A DNA stretch of 48,575 nt, the filler included, from Sphacelaria rigidula (lineage: Eukaryota), in NCBI GenBank assembly GCA_964200075.2. It is 3 parts of 3 records of this genome, joined end to end, with 100 filler letters (N's around TTAATTAATTAA, not from the genome) between each part and the next. Parts side by side here need not be neighbours in the genome. Positions count along the whole stretch, not along the records: positions 16,227 to 32,351 come from CAXNAA020001475.1; positions 32,452 to 48,575 come from CAXNAA020001476.1; 1 more part is not named here. One strand, 5' to 3'. The translations under genes and the position numbers were made by a program. Shown here in pieces: positions 24,239 through 36,645 of the stretch. Below the pieces are notes generated by a model. It made no database searches. It saw only the letters and a program-made list of their open reading frames with translations, and had not been told where the DNA came from. Each line of letters starts with the position of its first letter. Position 1 is the stretch's first letter.

Positions 24239-25063
24239 TACTGCACGACCCCAAGATGGCGTGTCGTTTTGTGCTTTCGATCGATTCGATGGTGTGGTTC
24301 ATTGATGGATGGATGGATCGTCGCACACTGACATTATCCGATTCCTCTATCGTTGCGAACCCAGCCGTGGTGGAGCAGAATGTTTATTTTTTCTATGGTT
24401 CAGCATGTGCTTGAATGCTACTGGGCAGTCGCGGCTAAGCCAATGGTGTGTTTTGTTCCTTGTAAGAAACAAAAGGTACATCGATTGTAGTGTAGTGTAG
24501 TGTAGTGTGCTGTGCTCTGCTGTGCTCTGCCGTGCTCTGCTGTATTTCGTCCTGTTGACATATCTTGCGTCAGTTTTTGGGACCTACTTCATTTTCTCAC
24601 TTCTCCATGGTATATCGCGTTCTCGGGCGGGGGAGAAGGGGTGTACTTATTGGTTGCTTGCCTCAGTCGTTTGACCGTTGACCACGCATCCCTTTCGAGA
24701 GGGAGCAACGTTCTTGGGGGGGGGGGGGGGGGGGGGGTGTGGCCAAAAAATTTTCTGGGAAAATGTTGTGATTAAAAAAATGTCGAGAAAACACCCAAAA
24801 AAAAAAAAAACAGNNNNNNNNNNTGTTGGTGTGTCGTCTGGGGTGTGTTGTGGGGGGGGGGGGGGGGGGAGGGGGGGGAGGGGGGGGGGGGGGTGGGGGT
24901 GGGGGGGGGGTTCTGGCCACAAACTTATCTGGGAAATTGTACTGATTAGAAAAATGTTCCGAAATGACCCATAAAAAAATAGCAGCATTCTTGTGAAAAG
25001 GGTACGAGTCCAACACACTGTTAAATGTCATCTCGATTCTACGGTGGTGGACAATGACAATAG

Positions 25064-25398
25064 GGGATAAGAAGAAGAGGCGGAGGAGAACCAAAAGGAG
25101 CGAGAGCAACCGAGAGAGACGCACGGCGAAAAAGCGACGACCGGCAGCGTCCTCGCGAGGGCAAGGGGGAGTCGGAGGAGGTCCACTGGAGTCATTTGTG
25201 GTGGAGGTCCCCGGGGGATGCGAGGTGCAGTGCTTCGTGATGGTGGATGACAGGGACGAGAGGTTGGTGATCGCGGTGGGCGACGCGCTGACTGGGGAAG
25301 CGTTGCTCGGGTGTCTAGCTGAGGAGCCAGCTGTGGTGCAGCTCGCGTCGCATGGGTTGATGCGGGAAACTGGATGTGTCAATCGCGCGGCGTTCCAG
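25064..25398 (+). CDS. Class-3 lipase-like gene, internal exon (5' boundary uncertain)
   Basis: EVQCFVMVDDRDERLVIAVGD...GCVNRAAFQ resembles the lipase-3 N-terminal strands. Donor CAG|gtgtgt, phase 0, joins the 27111 exon. Confidence 0.7.
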
Positions 25399-26079
25399 GT
25401 GTGTGTGTGCGTGTGTCGGTGTCGGTGTCGGTGTCTGTCCGTCCGTGTCTTTATCCCTGTAAGCCTCTGATTTGATTTTGATCTGGACTAACTTTATTTA
25501 TTGTCACCCAGTAACTGATCCTCCAGGTAGTCATTATCCGGCTGTGGTCATTATCCACATCATAGACCTATCCGAGACAAAACAAATCAGAAACACTCGC
25601 TCTAGGGAAATATGAAGTAGAAAGCAGAACAAGTGGGACAGAAACAGAGACTAGACTGAAAATAAGAAGGACCCCCCCCCCCCTCCCCTTCCACCCCTAG
25701 AATTGGCCGGCATCTGCAACATGGCTTCGGGTCGAAAGGGTCTCGCACAGCAGCACACGCAGTCATCCGCCATACCCAGTCGAGGGAACAAAGCAGGAAG
25801 CCGCTGGGATAGATTGCGGCTCATCTGTCTCGATCACACCATGTTGGGTATGAGCTCTCACCCGTGAACCGTACGGAAGCAAGGTACCAAACTGCGACTG
25901 GCATACACTGGGAGGAAACAACGCACGCACAGAGTGATGAGGAGACAATAATCTTATTATTCCTCATAGAACAGAGAAGGAGACTACAGGAATGATGGAG
26001 CCCAAGGGCATCGTACAGTACAGGACTTACAAACGCACAGACTGGGGAACACCGCAATACCACCGACTGAGGACAAACA

Positions 26080-26790
26080 TTAACAACCCATGGGAAAAAA
26101 CAGAGGTGCATCTGATTCCGTGTTCGCTCCGCTTCCCCCTTCATCGCTAGTCGAGTACAAAGCGGGCCATTCTCTCGGACATTTCCATCCTGGATTCCTC
26201 GTCAGCTGTTGCTGTTGTTGTGTTAGCGGTGGCAGCTCTCCGATTAGCGGCTCTCGACGCAGCAGCCTCTCGTTTGTGGCAGAGTTCCGATTTGCGTTTT
26301 CTTCGCGTCGCCACGTGACACCCAACCCTTCCGCCCCATTTCTCGACTCAAAGATGCCATTTGCCCATGTTCTTCGCCGTAGTGACCCAGTCGTACGCGT
26401 CGTTAACCTCCACACCGTCGGTCAACAATTTCCGTTGTTTGATTCCGATGAAAAAATTTCCCATCCGCGCTGACAGCACCGCCGAGGTAGACGGACTTCA
26501 TCGTCTCCTTATACCGTTGACCAGCCGCGCTGATGTGCGGGTTGCGGTCTCTGCGGAGCTGGGTATTGACCACGGATGCATGAACTCTGCTTTACTCTCC
26601 GATACTGTCAGGCCGAACTCCTGACAGGCCATCACCGCCACGGCCATCATCCTAGCAAGCCCGTCTGGGGACCTCGAGTTTGTGCCGATGTCATCCGCAT
26701 ATGGCATTGCCCACATCGAGTGCGTTACCTCCTCCACCGGCGTCTCTTCCAGAAAGTCCATCATCGTCATCTTTTGACGCATCATCTATG
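26080..26790 (-). mobile_element. Truncated, internally deleted non-LTR retrotransposon (RTE-like LINE) in a lipase intron
   Basis: WAMPYADDIG...GLARMMAVAVMACQEFGLTVSESKAEFM carries the YADD RT motif and an FGLTVSxxKxE segment typical of RTE-type RT. A further decayed ORF follows at 26080-26415. Confidence 0.8.
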
Positions 26791-27110
26791 GAACTACCAA
26801 GTCTGAGACGATGGCAAAATTCAGTACATCTTGCCTCCTATCGCTTTACCTGTGCCTCCCTCTATCGCTCTACCTGTTTCTCCGTCTGTCGCTCTACCTG
26901 TGCCTCTCTGTTTGACTGTTATCTCTTGTTTCAGTCTGTTTCCGTCTCTTGTCTGCATTTTTTCTGTCTATGTGTATGTATTATGATAGCGCGTGTCGAG
27001 ATATATTCTTCTTTCCCAATTCCACTGCATAGAAGCACCAGAAAAAAACCTTTCATGAACGTGCCACCACTCTTCCTCCCCGCGTACTCCGTTCCCCCCG
27101 ATATTTTCAG

Positions 27111-27776
27111 GCTGCGTGCGACATTTTGGAATGGGCTGGTCCGCACATCAAGGCGTCGCTAGCACCGGGCGGGCAGTTCGAAGGCTACCCCGTGCACTGC
27201 GCAGGCCACTCCTTCGGGGGCGCTGTAGCGGCGTGCCTCGCCGGAATGTTGGACGGCGCGATCGACGTGGAGCCGAGCGACTCTCCGGGGAAGAGGAACG
27301 GCAACGACAGCGACAGCGACAAGAATGACCCGAGCCCATCCGCATCCAAAGGAAGGAAAAACGCCGGATCTTCTTCGTCTTGGAATGGTGGTAGTAGTGC
27401 TGCTGGCGACGTGCCTTCCAAGAGAAGACGCCGTAACGTTGATGGAGGATCGTCGAAGAGGCGTGACGAAGCAGGCAGAGGAGATGCGCGGTCGGAAAAA
27501 CAGAAGAAAGAAAAGAAGAGCTCCACCTTGGCCAAGGCACCTGCCGGGTCTGGTGAAGATACTGCGGGGAAGGATCCGGGGGAGGTGAGGGTGGACGGGG
27601 CTGCGCCGTGGGTGGGCGTCTGTCGGGATCGGACGACGTGCGTAACGTTCGGGTGTCCGCCGTGTCTGTCGGGGAACTTGCGGGTGCCGTTCGTCACTTC
27701 GTTCGTTCTGGGGGATGACATGGTGCCGCGTACGAGTCATGAATCTCTGCGGCGGCTCAAGATTCGGCTCTTGCAG
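27111..27776 (+). CDS. Class-3 lipase-like gene, catalytic exon
   Basis: Acceptor ttttcag|GCT. VHCAGHSFGGAVA (GxSxG), CVTFGCPP and SFVLGDDMVPR (catalytic Asp region). Probable donor CAG|gcgagt. Confidence 0.85.
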
Positions 27777-29373
27777 GCGAGTCGGGGGGAGAAGTGGGGA
27801 GTGGGGGGGGGGCGTACACCGTAGTCATATGATTATTGACCTCGCATCCCTAGGAAGTCGGGACGGAGCACGCCGGGTTGTCATCGGACCAGGCTCGGGG
27901 GGAAGAGTGGGGGATTATTTATATGTCGAAATGTGCTTTTTTTTTTTCCTGTACCGAAGGGTCTGATTCATGTGGGGTTTCTGCTATTGTTTATTATTTG
28001 GTGTTGCCGTTGTTGTCTTTGTATTCATGGTGTTTATTTGTTTCAGGCTCCTGGCAGTACTACTGTACGGAGTATACCATACCACTACGTGTTGTTTTTG
28101 TTTCCACAGTTTCGTTTTATTCGTTCATTTGTTTTGTTTATTTCAAGCTCCGGGAATTTTTGCATCGAATACTACTTTGGCAAGGGACTACCTAACCCTG
28201 CGCCAACGGTCGCTTTACCTTGTGTGCGTGGGATGGATGAAAGGTGGGTTCCGCCGCCCATCTTGTGGTGCGTGCGAAAACCCTCCTCTGAAAGAAGACT
28301 CCCCCTTGCGATGATGGAATACAAGAATCGGTTCTATTCTGAAACAACCTATCATCACCATTCGATAATGATCGATTGATCGGTCGATTGTCTGATTGAT
28401 TGATCGGTCGATTGTCTGATTGATTGATTGTCGTACATTAACTTACCCCGGAGAGACCCATTCGTGGTCATTATCCACGTGATGGACGTAATCAAAGTTA
28501 CACAAAATGGAAACGCTCGCTAAATAAAATAATATCGGCGGAATAGAGACAGAACATTGTGTTCCCTTTTAAAAAAAAAATAATGATCCAACTCCAACAA
28601 ACGACCTCAACCACTCCCAACAATAAAATTATATTCCATTGAACAACTGCTTTTTCCAGTACACACTCCGTCACACACATTTTTGACAGTTTTCTGGGAC
28701 CCTCAGCCGCAGTACAGCAACAGTTTCACGACAGGGTTTTACGCCCAGCATTTTTTTTAATTGATATATATATATATATATGTATACATATGTATACAGA
28801 ACAAACGCATAAGAAAGCGACATGACGAACTACGATATGGGTAGAGCCACGGCTGTGTGCAGTTCTGGTTGGGTGTGCTTAGCTCGTGCACACGAGGAAT
28901 AAGTAAATATGCAGCTAACAGTATTCCTTCATGCAGTATCGCCGTGTTTTCGTCATTCATCATGAGGAGTCGCGTCATCGTTCAATCCTCTGAGGGTTGG
29001 CAATTTTGCAGACAGAGATTAATGTCGACTCGGTCAGGATTCTATCTCATGAGCACTGGTTTCTCACGCACAATTTTTCTGCTTTTGTTTCCGAAGTCAG
29101 ATCTGCTGTGTGTTTGTATATGCGTTTGGAAAAATACCGCCTCTTCCAAGGGTTTAACGCCGCACACCCCTGTACTTTCCTTTTGTTTTCCTCTTTGTTG
29201 CTTCGGGTCGGCCGTTTCTTTCTGCGCTTTGCTTGTGTTGAATTTTTATTACTTTTTTTCTTGTCACGACTTAGTCTGCTACGTCGTTCTGTTCGACCCC
29301 GCCCTTTCTTTTTCCTGTTCCTTTTTTTTTTCTTCCTTAGAGCGTGTTTGAATTCCGTTTTCCTTGAGTACGT

Positions 29374-29436
29374 CTATCATGAGACCGCGGCTAGACCCCT
29401 GGGGAGTCAGTTAAAGTGCGACAATCAATCAATCAA
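29374..29436 (+). repeat. Retroposon-like 3' end with (AATC)n tail
   Basis: Homologous to 16686-16756; ends caatcaatcaatcaa. Confidence 0.55.
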
Positions 29437-30256
29437 CCCCTCGTGACCGTGACGTTGTTTTCTTTTTCTCTTTTTCGTTTTTTTTCGTTTTTTTTCGTTT
29501 TTTCGTTTTTTCGTTTTTTCGTTTTTTCGTTTTTTCTTTTTCTTGTGTTTCTTCCTTCTTTTATTTCCTTCTCCTCCCCCCCCCCCTCCTTTTTTTCTAT
29601 TGTTTCTTGTGATATTTTGTGTCTTTTCCTCTTTCCTCTTTAATTCCATTCTCAAGTTCTACCCCATAACAACGGACTAGACTCGCGTGCACGCCAAAAT
29701 ATTTCCGAGAATGGAGACAGATCACCAACCGCAATGTCATGAGAGGGGAACAACAAAAGTTGCAAATCTGCATGCGTGGAGGAAGATTCTGTAATCCTCA
29801 CCGTTTCATGGAGAGGAGAAAAAGACACGATGCGCGGTTCGTTCCTCCCGTTTGTTTGTTTTTCTCCTGTGAGGGCTGCTTAGGCAGGAGCCGAAAGCAA
29901 TGGTTGATGCATACAGAGCCAACACATGCATAATACTAACGATCACGCTGATCCTAACCTTAGCCTTAACCTTAACCCCAACCATATGAAGTCTGATGAC
30001 ATCATTTCTGACTCTGCGCCAATCACGTGCACGCGCGTATGTATTTGGTGTTCAATCAATAGCTTTTCGGCTGTTTTCTCAACTCTGCTAGTCTTCTTTT
30101 GTACCATCTTTATTTCTCTCTCTTTTTTTTTTTTTTCCCTTTTTTTTTCTTTTTTTTTTTTTCTTTTTTTTCCACCCTGGTGATTCTGAAGGTATAGGGC
30201 TTGTTTTCTGTTCCCCTTTTTTTTCCTTCTTGCTTCTTCGGTCGCTCTCCACCCAG

Positions 30257-30355
30257 GTGATGCCGAAGAGAAAGGGCTTGCTATCGCAGGGAGTGGCGTT
30301 CGGAAGCAGCCTCTTCACGGATGTAGCGGGGGTAGCTGTACAAGGGGTTCGACAG
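30257..30355 (+). CDS. Class-3 lipase-like gene, downstream exon; rest of the gene not found before the contig break
   Basis: Acceptor ccacccag|GTG after a long pyrimidine tract; VMPKRKGLLSQGVAFGSSLFTDVAGVAVQGVRQ; donor CAG|gtacg; phase 0/0. Confidence 0.65.
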
Positions 30356-30986
30356 GTACGCTCATTTTCATTCCTTTTTAAATTGGTTAGGAATAGTGGG
30401 GAGACTTGCAGCTCTGGTGAGCCGCCCTCCTCCTGTGGAGCATGACAAAACCTCGGTGACGGGATAGAATATTACGCGAGGTGATGGAACGTTATTTCCA
30501 GGAGAATGCTCCCGGATCCATGCGGAGTAGACCGTATCCCGATGTGTGTGGATGTGGCTGTGTAAAACGATGGATGTATACGAGTTGTCATACATAAGCA
30601 CGTCCTGATACTGTGTTCATGTAAATATACGAGTACCCCCCCCCCCCCACTCGCCCAGCCCCATACGTTTGTTGAAAGTTGTTCATAAAATCGAAAACGT
30701 CAATGCGAGTAGAACGGTAGTGCTTTTGGTGTCTGTCTTTTTCTCGGTTTTGCTTTTAGTCTCGGCCCTCGTTTTTTTTTTTCAATTCACCGAGAGCAAG
30801 TACATACTGTACTTGTAGTCTGACTTGAATGTATGCGTGTTGTCATCCCGTCTCTTCTGGACGCCAGTCTACGCTTGTCGGTACGTGTTGGCGCATCAGC
30901 CGGGGTCACGCAGCAGGAAGATCACCACAGGATTTTTTTTTTCATTTTTTCATTTTATTTTTTGTTTTTTGAAGTTTTATTATTTT

Positions 30987-31452
30987 AGGCTGCTCCTTAT
31001 AACAGACAGAAATAATAATCTGGAATTTTTTCTTTTTGGAGCTTTTACGTCGTTTTACGCCCCAAAAGAGAGCTAGGAGGAGTTTGACACCTTGGAATGA
31101 CCTGCTCTAGTAGTTGAGGCGGTTCCAGGACGTCTTCCCGTTTTCCGGTGGCCGCAGTTTTCATTTTGGCCAAACAAGAACTTGTGTCAAAGAACGGTAA
31201 AAAACAGTCAAATCTAGAACAAATCGCCACTTTTCTCTGGACTTCACTGTTTTTTACCGTTCTTGGACAAGAATTCTTGTTCGGCCAAAATGAAAACTGC
31301 GGCCAACGGGAAAAGGGAAGGTGTCCTGGAACCACCTCAACTAGTAGAGCAAGTCATTCCAAGGTGTCAAACTCCACCTAGCTCTCTTTTGGGGCGTAAA
31401 ACGACCTAAAAGCTCCTAAAAGGCAATTTTCCAGATTTTTATTTCTGTCTGT
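30987..31452. mobile_element. Long-TIR palindromic MITE (family A), copy 1 of a tandem pair
   Basis: About 220-bp inverted arms around a short core (30987-31210 vs 31245-31452). Confidence 0.85.
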
Positions 31453-31457
31453 AGACC

Positions 31458-31930
31458 GATCCTTATAGCAGACAAAAATAAAAATCTGAAGAAGTGCCTT
31501 TTTTGAGCTTCCACGTCGTTTTACGCTCCAAAATAGAGCTAGGCGGAGTTTGACACCTTGGAATGACTTGTTCTAGTAGTTGAGGCGGTTCCAGGACGTC
31601 TTCCCGTTTTCCGGTGGCCGCAGTTTTTATTTTGGCCAAGCAAGATTTTCTTTCCACGGACAGTAAAAAACAGTCAGGCCCAGAGAAAAGTGGCGATTTT
31701 TCTATATCTGACTGTTTTTTACCGTTCTTCGACAAAAATTATTGTTCGGCCAAAATAAAAACTGCTGCCACCGGGAAAAGGGAAGATGTCCTGGAACCGC
31801 CTAAACTAGTAGCGCAAGTCATTCCAAGGTGTCAGGCTCCGCCTAGCTCTCTTTTGGGGCGTAAAACAACGTAAAAGCTTCAAAAAGGCACTTTTCCAGA
31901 TTTTTATTTTCGTCTCTTGTAAGGAGCATC
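31458..31930. mobile_element. Long-TIR palindromic MITE (family A), copy 2 of a tandem pair
   Basis: Same arms as copy 1. The core (aaatcgccacttttctctgg) is in the opposite orientation. Confidence 0.85.
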
Positions 31931-32351
31931 ACCAGTATTTTTAATCGTCCTTTTCGTTTAATTGATCGACGTATGCTTTGACGTGCTGCTTCTATTTGTC
32001 AAGTCTAAATTTGGTTTCAGCACTCCACCTTCCTTCTGCAGTCCTTGCCTTTCTTGTCATCGCTGAAAAGGGTTCATCGATCCTTTTCCCTCGTCGATCG
32101 TGAAGTCGGACTTTTGTGTACCCAACACATAGTCGCTCTCCACCGCTGGGCATAATGTGAGCACAAAAACTCAGATCATGTGTACTTCACGGAGATTCCA
32201 ACCCACGTCCGAGTGATGCTACGGTAGGGGTAGAGAAATAATTTCTGAGGTTAGAATTGTTAGGAGCCCCCTATCTCATCTCCAGAACACGACTTATAAA
32301 AATATGCGAGTACGCCAGGATTACTATTCCAATGTGCTGGGGATATCCCGA

Positions 32352-32451
32352 NNNNNNNNNNNNNNNNNNNNNNNNNNNNNNNNNNNNNNNNNNNNTTAAT
32401 TAATTAANNNNNNNNNNNNNNNNNNNNNNNNNNNNNNNNNNNNNNNNNNNN
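32352..32451. other. Artificial contig-joining linker
   Basis: N run, TTAATTAATTAA, N run. Confidence 0.95.
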
Positions 32452-32617
32452 AATCAAATCAACACGAGAAACCAAATGGGGGGGGGAAAAAAAAACGAAC
32501 ACAGGTGGTGGTAGTGGAGCGATAGAAACACGCACTACACTCCATACTACACGACACACACGCAACCGTCATCACAACCATCACGGTCATGACAAAAAAA
32601 GGAGTCTCGTACTTCAC

Positions 32618-33519
32618 CTGCCCCGGACGTAGCCGCCCTCTTGCCCAGCACACTCTCGCCACCCGCAGCCCCACTCGCGCCCGCCCCTGCCCCACCCGCA
32701 GCCCCTCTGAGGGCACCTCTATCTCTCATCTCCCGGGTAGAACCTGGAGCAGGAGGCGTGGACGCCGACCCAGTAGAGACCGCTGCGGCCTTAGAAGGCG
32801 AAGCAGTATTTGAAGGGCCCGGGGCTGTCTCAGGCAAGCCATCGCTCTTCATGTTACTGCTGTCGTCGGCTTCTCCGTTTCCTGCTGCGGCCGCTGCGAC
32901 CTCCCCCGCCTTGCTTCCGGCGTGGGCTCCGAGCTTGCCCCCCGCTGGTGGCGCCGCCTCAACGCTGTTTTTGACGCCCTTGTCATGCTTGACTGCTATG
33001 CTATCGTCGTGGCTGTCGCCCTTGACATCTCCGGGCGATTTTTGGTCGTCGTCCTCACCACCCTCGGCAGCGTCCTTTTTCACCTCTTCTTCGACGTCCC
33101 TGATATTCTTTACCACAGCTCCGTCGCCCTCGCCATCGTCCCCTTCGGTCCTGTCGTCCTTGCCGGCCTTATCAGCCTTGTCGGTCAAGTTGGTACTGGC
33201 AAGGCTGCTTGCCTCGTCGCTCTTAGCAGCATCGGATACTGAAACCGCAGGCGCCGCTACTGCCGCTCCCACGGCTGCCGCCGTTTCTGCCCCCGCCGAG
33301 TCATCACAATGACTGTCGGAAGGGGGAGGCAAAGGCACAGGCGGGGGAACCGGGGAGCGGGAGCGAGAACGTACGACAACGCCAAGGGGTGGCAGCGGTC
33401 CGGCACTCTTTTTGCTGCTCTTCGTCTCGTCCTTCGACTCCGCGTCGGGAGTGGGCTTTCCCTCGCCTGTTTGTGCACCCTCTTCCATTCCATCTTCATT
33501 AGCCGTGACCTTGGACGTT
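32618..33519 (-). CDS. Unknown protein, exon 8 (Ala/Gly/Asp/Lys-rich, disordered); gene runs into the contig break
   Basis: Acceptor gttgtcag|A, phase 2, matches exon 7. Long open frame (32547-33488 ORF). Donor near 32618 (CAG|gtgaag) or 32613. Confidence 0.7.
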
Positions 33520-34384
33520 CTGACAACAGCAACATATGGGGCGAGGGAAGCAGGTCGGGGGGGAGAGGGGGGGGAGAGGGCATAACGACGGTGAACGTTT
33601 GTGCACGGTGTCAGCCAGCTACTGCGCTCACCAGGCCGGATTCTGGTGTCATGGGCACATGCGATGGTTGACTGACGGCAAGTGGCTTTTGCCTACTTCG
33701 AAGCCGGGCGCTAAGGCATAGGTTGCACAGGGAAAAAGTATCCTCGAACCATTCGACTCAATGGATGATGAGACAGCGTAGCACGTCAATTCAGCTTTTC
33801 TTGAGCTGTCGTCGACATCTTCGACAAACAGCTGCTGGCTGCCGCGGTGAAGACGCAAAAACTATGTCACACATAATAATACTGAACACTGCCTATGTGA
33901 GCGCGATGTGTGCTCGGAGGGCGAGGGTACAAATGCAAAATATTTTGTTTCGTTCATGTAAATCTAGCGTTCGCTTTTGATTCGCCACGCTTTACTCCAC
34001 GCCACTTGGTAAGGACCCCAAGAACCCTGCCCAACCGCCGAGGAGCCGCGACAACCCAATCATCGCCAAAACACGTTGGGTAGGCCGCAACTGTACTCTC
34101 CCTGTGCGTGGCACACGCAAGCAACCGCTTCACACTACTTTGGTTCCGATTTGCACTTCTCTCTCGGCAACTCGTTGGAAAAATACACCTTCCATCAAGA
34201 CGGAGCGATCAACCGATCGGTTGGTTGGTTGATTGATTAATCATCCCGCATATTACATTAACTCATGCCCGAGGGATTTGAGCCATGATGACTATTGTAC
34301 GAAGTAGGCGATCAGGCTGTACAATACACACTATTGTAAGACCTGCTTTGCGCGGGCAGAAAGCCCACGTCATGCCGCACTAAC

Positions 34385-34503
34385 CCGTTGGCTGCCTCCA
34401 GCTTCTCCAGCTGAGCCCTCAGAACCGCCATACGCTTCACGTGCTTCACCCGAAGCTGCTCGTGCTCGGCGGCAGCAAGCACAAGCCTTTTAGCCTCATC
34501 TAT
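34385..34503 (-). CDS. Unknown protein, exon 7 (coiled-coil-like)
   Basis: gagcag|IDEAKRLVLAAAEHEQLRVKHVKRMAVLRAQLEKLEAANG|gttagt; phase 0/2. Confidence 0.75.
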
Positions 34504-34754
34504 CTGCTCAGTAGGACGAGGGAACAACAAAGGAATATAAAAAATCGAGACACATACAGTACATGTACATGAATGACACACACACAAAATAGGGCGTGGA
34601 CAAGAACTAATCGGCGGTTGTCGTACTCAAGCGAAAAGCAGCACGCGCAGTAAGCGTCTTGAGAACCTCTCGGGGGGGCGAGACTCCCTCATGCCCACCC
34701 TCGGTGAGCCACTCCGAAAATATCTTCATCAGCTGCATCCCCTGAATAAGTTTC

Positions 34755-34890
34755 ACACCCTGGACAAAATATGCTCAGTTGTTGCTGTAGACAAGAAATG
34801 TACTGCCCATAGTATAGGCCTATTGCGACTAATGTCGCGACACGGACTATACTGTACGCAATATATTTCTTGTCTATTTCCAAGGTATAG
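34755..34890. mobile_element. Diverged family B MITE in an intron
   Basis: cacaccctggacaaaatatg...aaatgtactg..gtataggcctattgcgact is similar to 24058-24238. Confidence 0.55.
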
Positions 34891-35304
34891 TGCGGTGAGT
34901 CGCCGGCCCGGAATGAGCGCACTGTACTGTTACAGTAAAATGACTTGATGTCAGTATAGAGGATCGGACTTGTGTGGTTCATCACGCTGTTGTGGGACCA
35001 CACACTTTAAAGGATCGCACTATAACGGGACCCCGTTGTACTGGGATTGAACATTAGACGTCGATCTTGTTCTGGAGAATGATACGGTACCCGAGGAGTT
35101 AAAAACATGTCGTATTTTTGAGAGGTTGAGATGACATTAAACAGAAAATAAAAAAAAGCAGGCCTAAGCGATACCGACAGCGCCCAAGTACACCAACCGC
35201 AAACAGGACGGGAAACAGAAGTGCAGGGACTACCGCGTCCCGTTCATCGCTTCGTTCAGGACGATCAAGAGGAGTACTGTTGAAAAAAAAAGAGTTGCAC
35301 AAAC

Positions 35305-35424
35305 CTTCTCACGGCGCTTAGTGTCCAAGTCCTTCTGGCGCCTGGTTGTATCGGCAGCCACTTCCCGAATCTTCTCCATTGCCACAGCTGCTCGGGTGTT
35401 GTACAGCGCCGACTCGCGCTCATC
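35305..35424 (-). CDS. Unknown protein, exon 6 (coiled-coil-like)
   Basis: ttcacag|DERESALYNTRAAVAMEKIREVAADTTRRQKDLDTKRREK|gtttgt; 40 codons. Confidence 0.75.
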
Positions 35425-35727
35425 CTGTGAACGGAGAAACGTTCATGCATCCGCCGAAACAAAAAAAATAGCATCAAAAGCACGCATGAAAGAGAAACTT
35501 GAAACATAGTGACCTAGAGTCGCCGATACAAGTAAGTCACCGATGCGCCCGGGAGAAAAAAAATCGCCGACCGCTACATGATTTTTTCTTTTGTTTCGCA
35601 ATCACATGAATCATCGTGCCTTCTCACTCAAAACGACAGACCCACCGTCCGAAGGCCGGGGGCGTGAGCACTCACCACGGGGAAAAAACAACGCACCACA
35701 TCTCATCACATCGCATCGCATAACCAC

Positions 35728-36645
35728 CTCAAACATCTTCACCTTCACCATCGCAACCCGTGCATCCCTGGGCAAGTTCTTTGGAAACCATTGCGTCCTG
35801 TCCATGATCGTCCCGCCCACTTCCCCCTTCACCCCAGCACTGGTGGCACTCTCCTCGGTATCCTGCCCACCCAAGATCGCGCCCCCCAGTCCATCCCCAT
35901 CGCCGACAGTGCCCACCCTTTCAGCTCCAGCTATCCACGGCACGTACTCCTGAATCTCATGACTGATCTCGTCGGGAACAACGGCGGCAATCGATAACTC
36001 TCTGCGTCCCCCGACCCTAGCCGTACCTTCACCACCCTGGTCGGAGCCAGCGTTGGCACAAGAATCTCCCTCAGCTTTCATGTCGCCAACGCCGCCGCCG
36101 GCGGCGGACACCGCTGCCGCCGAACACAAGCCGCCGAGAGCGTCACGCGGCGCCGCGCGGCGGAGCGGCACTCGCATGTAAGGCAACAACTCAAGCCCCT
36201 TGGGAACTAGCGGGCGTTGACCCGAACCATCATCCCTTCGCCGCCCAGCAGCTCTCCCTTCCCCCGTCGTGGCGGCGGCATCGCCTGCCAGCGATGGTTT
36301 CGCGCCGCCACTCCCGCGGGCGTGCTCGCCGTGGAGTACCCTTTGGCGCCAAGCGAGCCCGTCACGGACGCCCGCATCTGTCTCGGTGCCTAAGCGCAGT
36401 AATTCCTCCCAACGCCGCGACGTCTCCGCGTCTCCTGGGTGATCAGGCAGTTCAGCATCGTCATCGTTGCTGATGCCACCAGCGCCATCGATGGCCATTG
36501 CAAGAGTTTTGTTGGATGGATCACCCTCGGGGGCGGATTGGGAGCCATCGTCGGCGGTGCGTGTCTGGTGCTGGGTTATAAGGCGGCACTCCTCTCGGCG
36601 TGCTTCCATCACCGCCCGACTCCGGCTAGTCAGCACGGCGAGTAC
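35728..36645 (-). CDS. Unknown protein, exon 5
   Basis: ttttttcag|VLAVLTSRSRAVMEARREE...WFPKNLPRDARVAMVKVKMFE|gtggtt; 306 codons, phase 0/0 (alternative donors nearby). Confidence 0.75.

Noticed and set aside
24716-24975. Apparent tandem duplication around poly-G and a 10-N gap
   Set aside because: One copy looks like a degraded read after a G homopolymer, so it is an assembly artefact. The poly-Pro/Gly ORFs here are spurious.
29416-30183. Phe-rich and Lys-rich ORFs
   Set aside because: Intronic T-rich simple repeats.
31045-31874. Repeated peptides (KTAATGKREDVLEPP) on both strands
   Set aside because: Translation of palindromic MITE arms, not a gene family.
30987-31930. CRISPR-like array
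   Set aside because: Long inverted arms with no short repeat-spacer periodicity, in a eukaryotic context.
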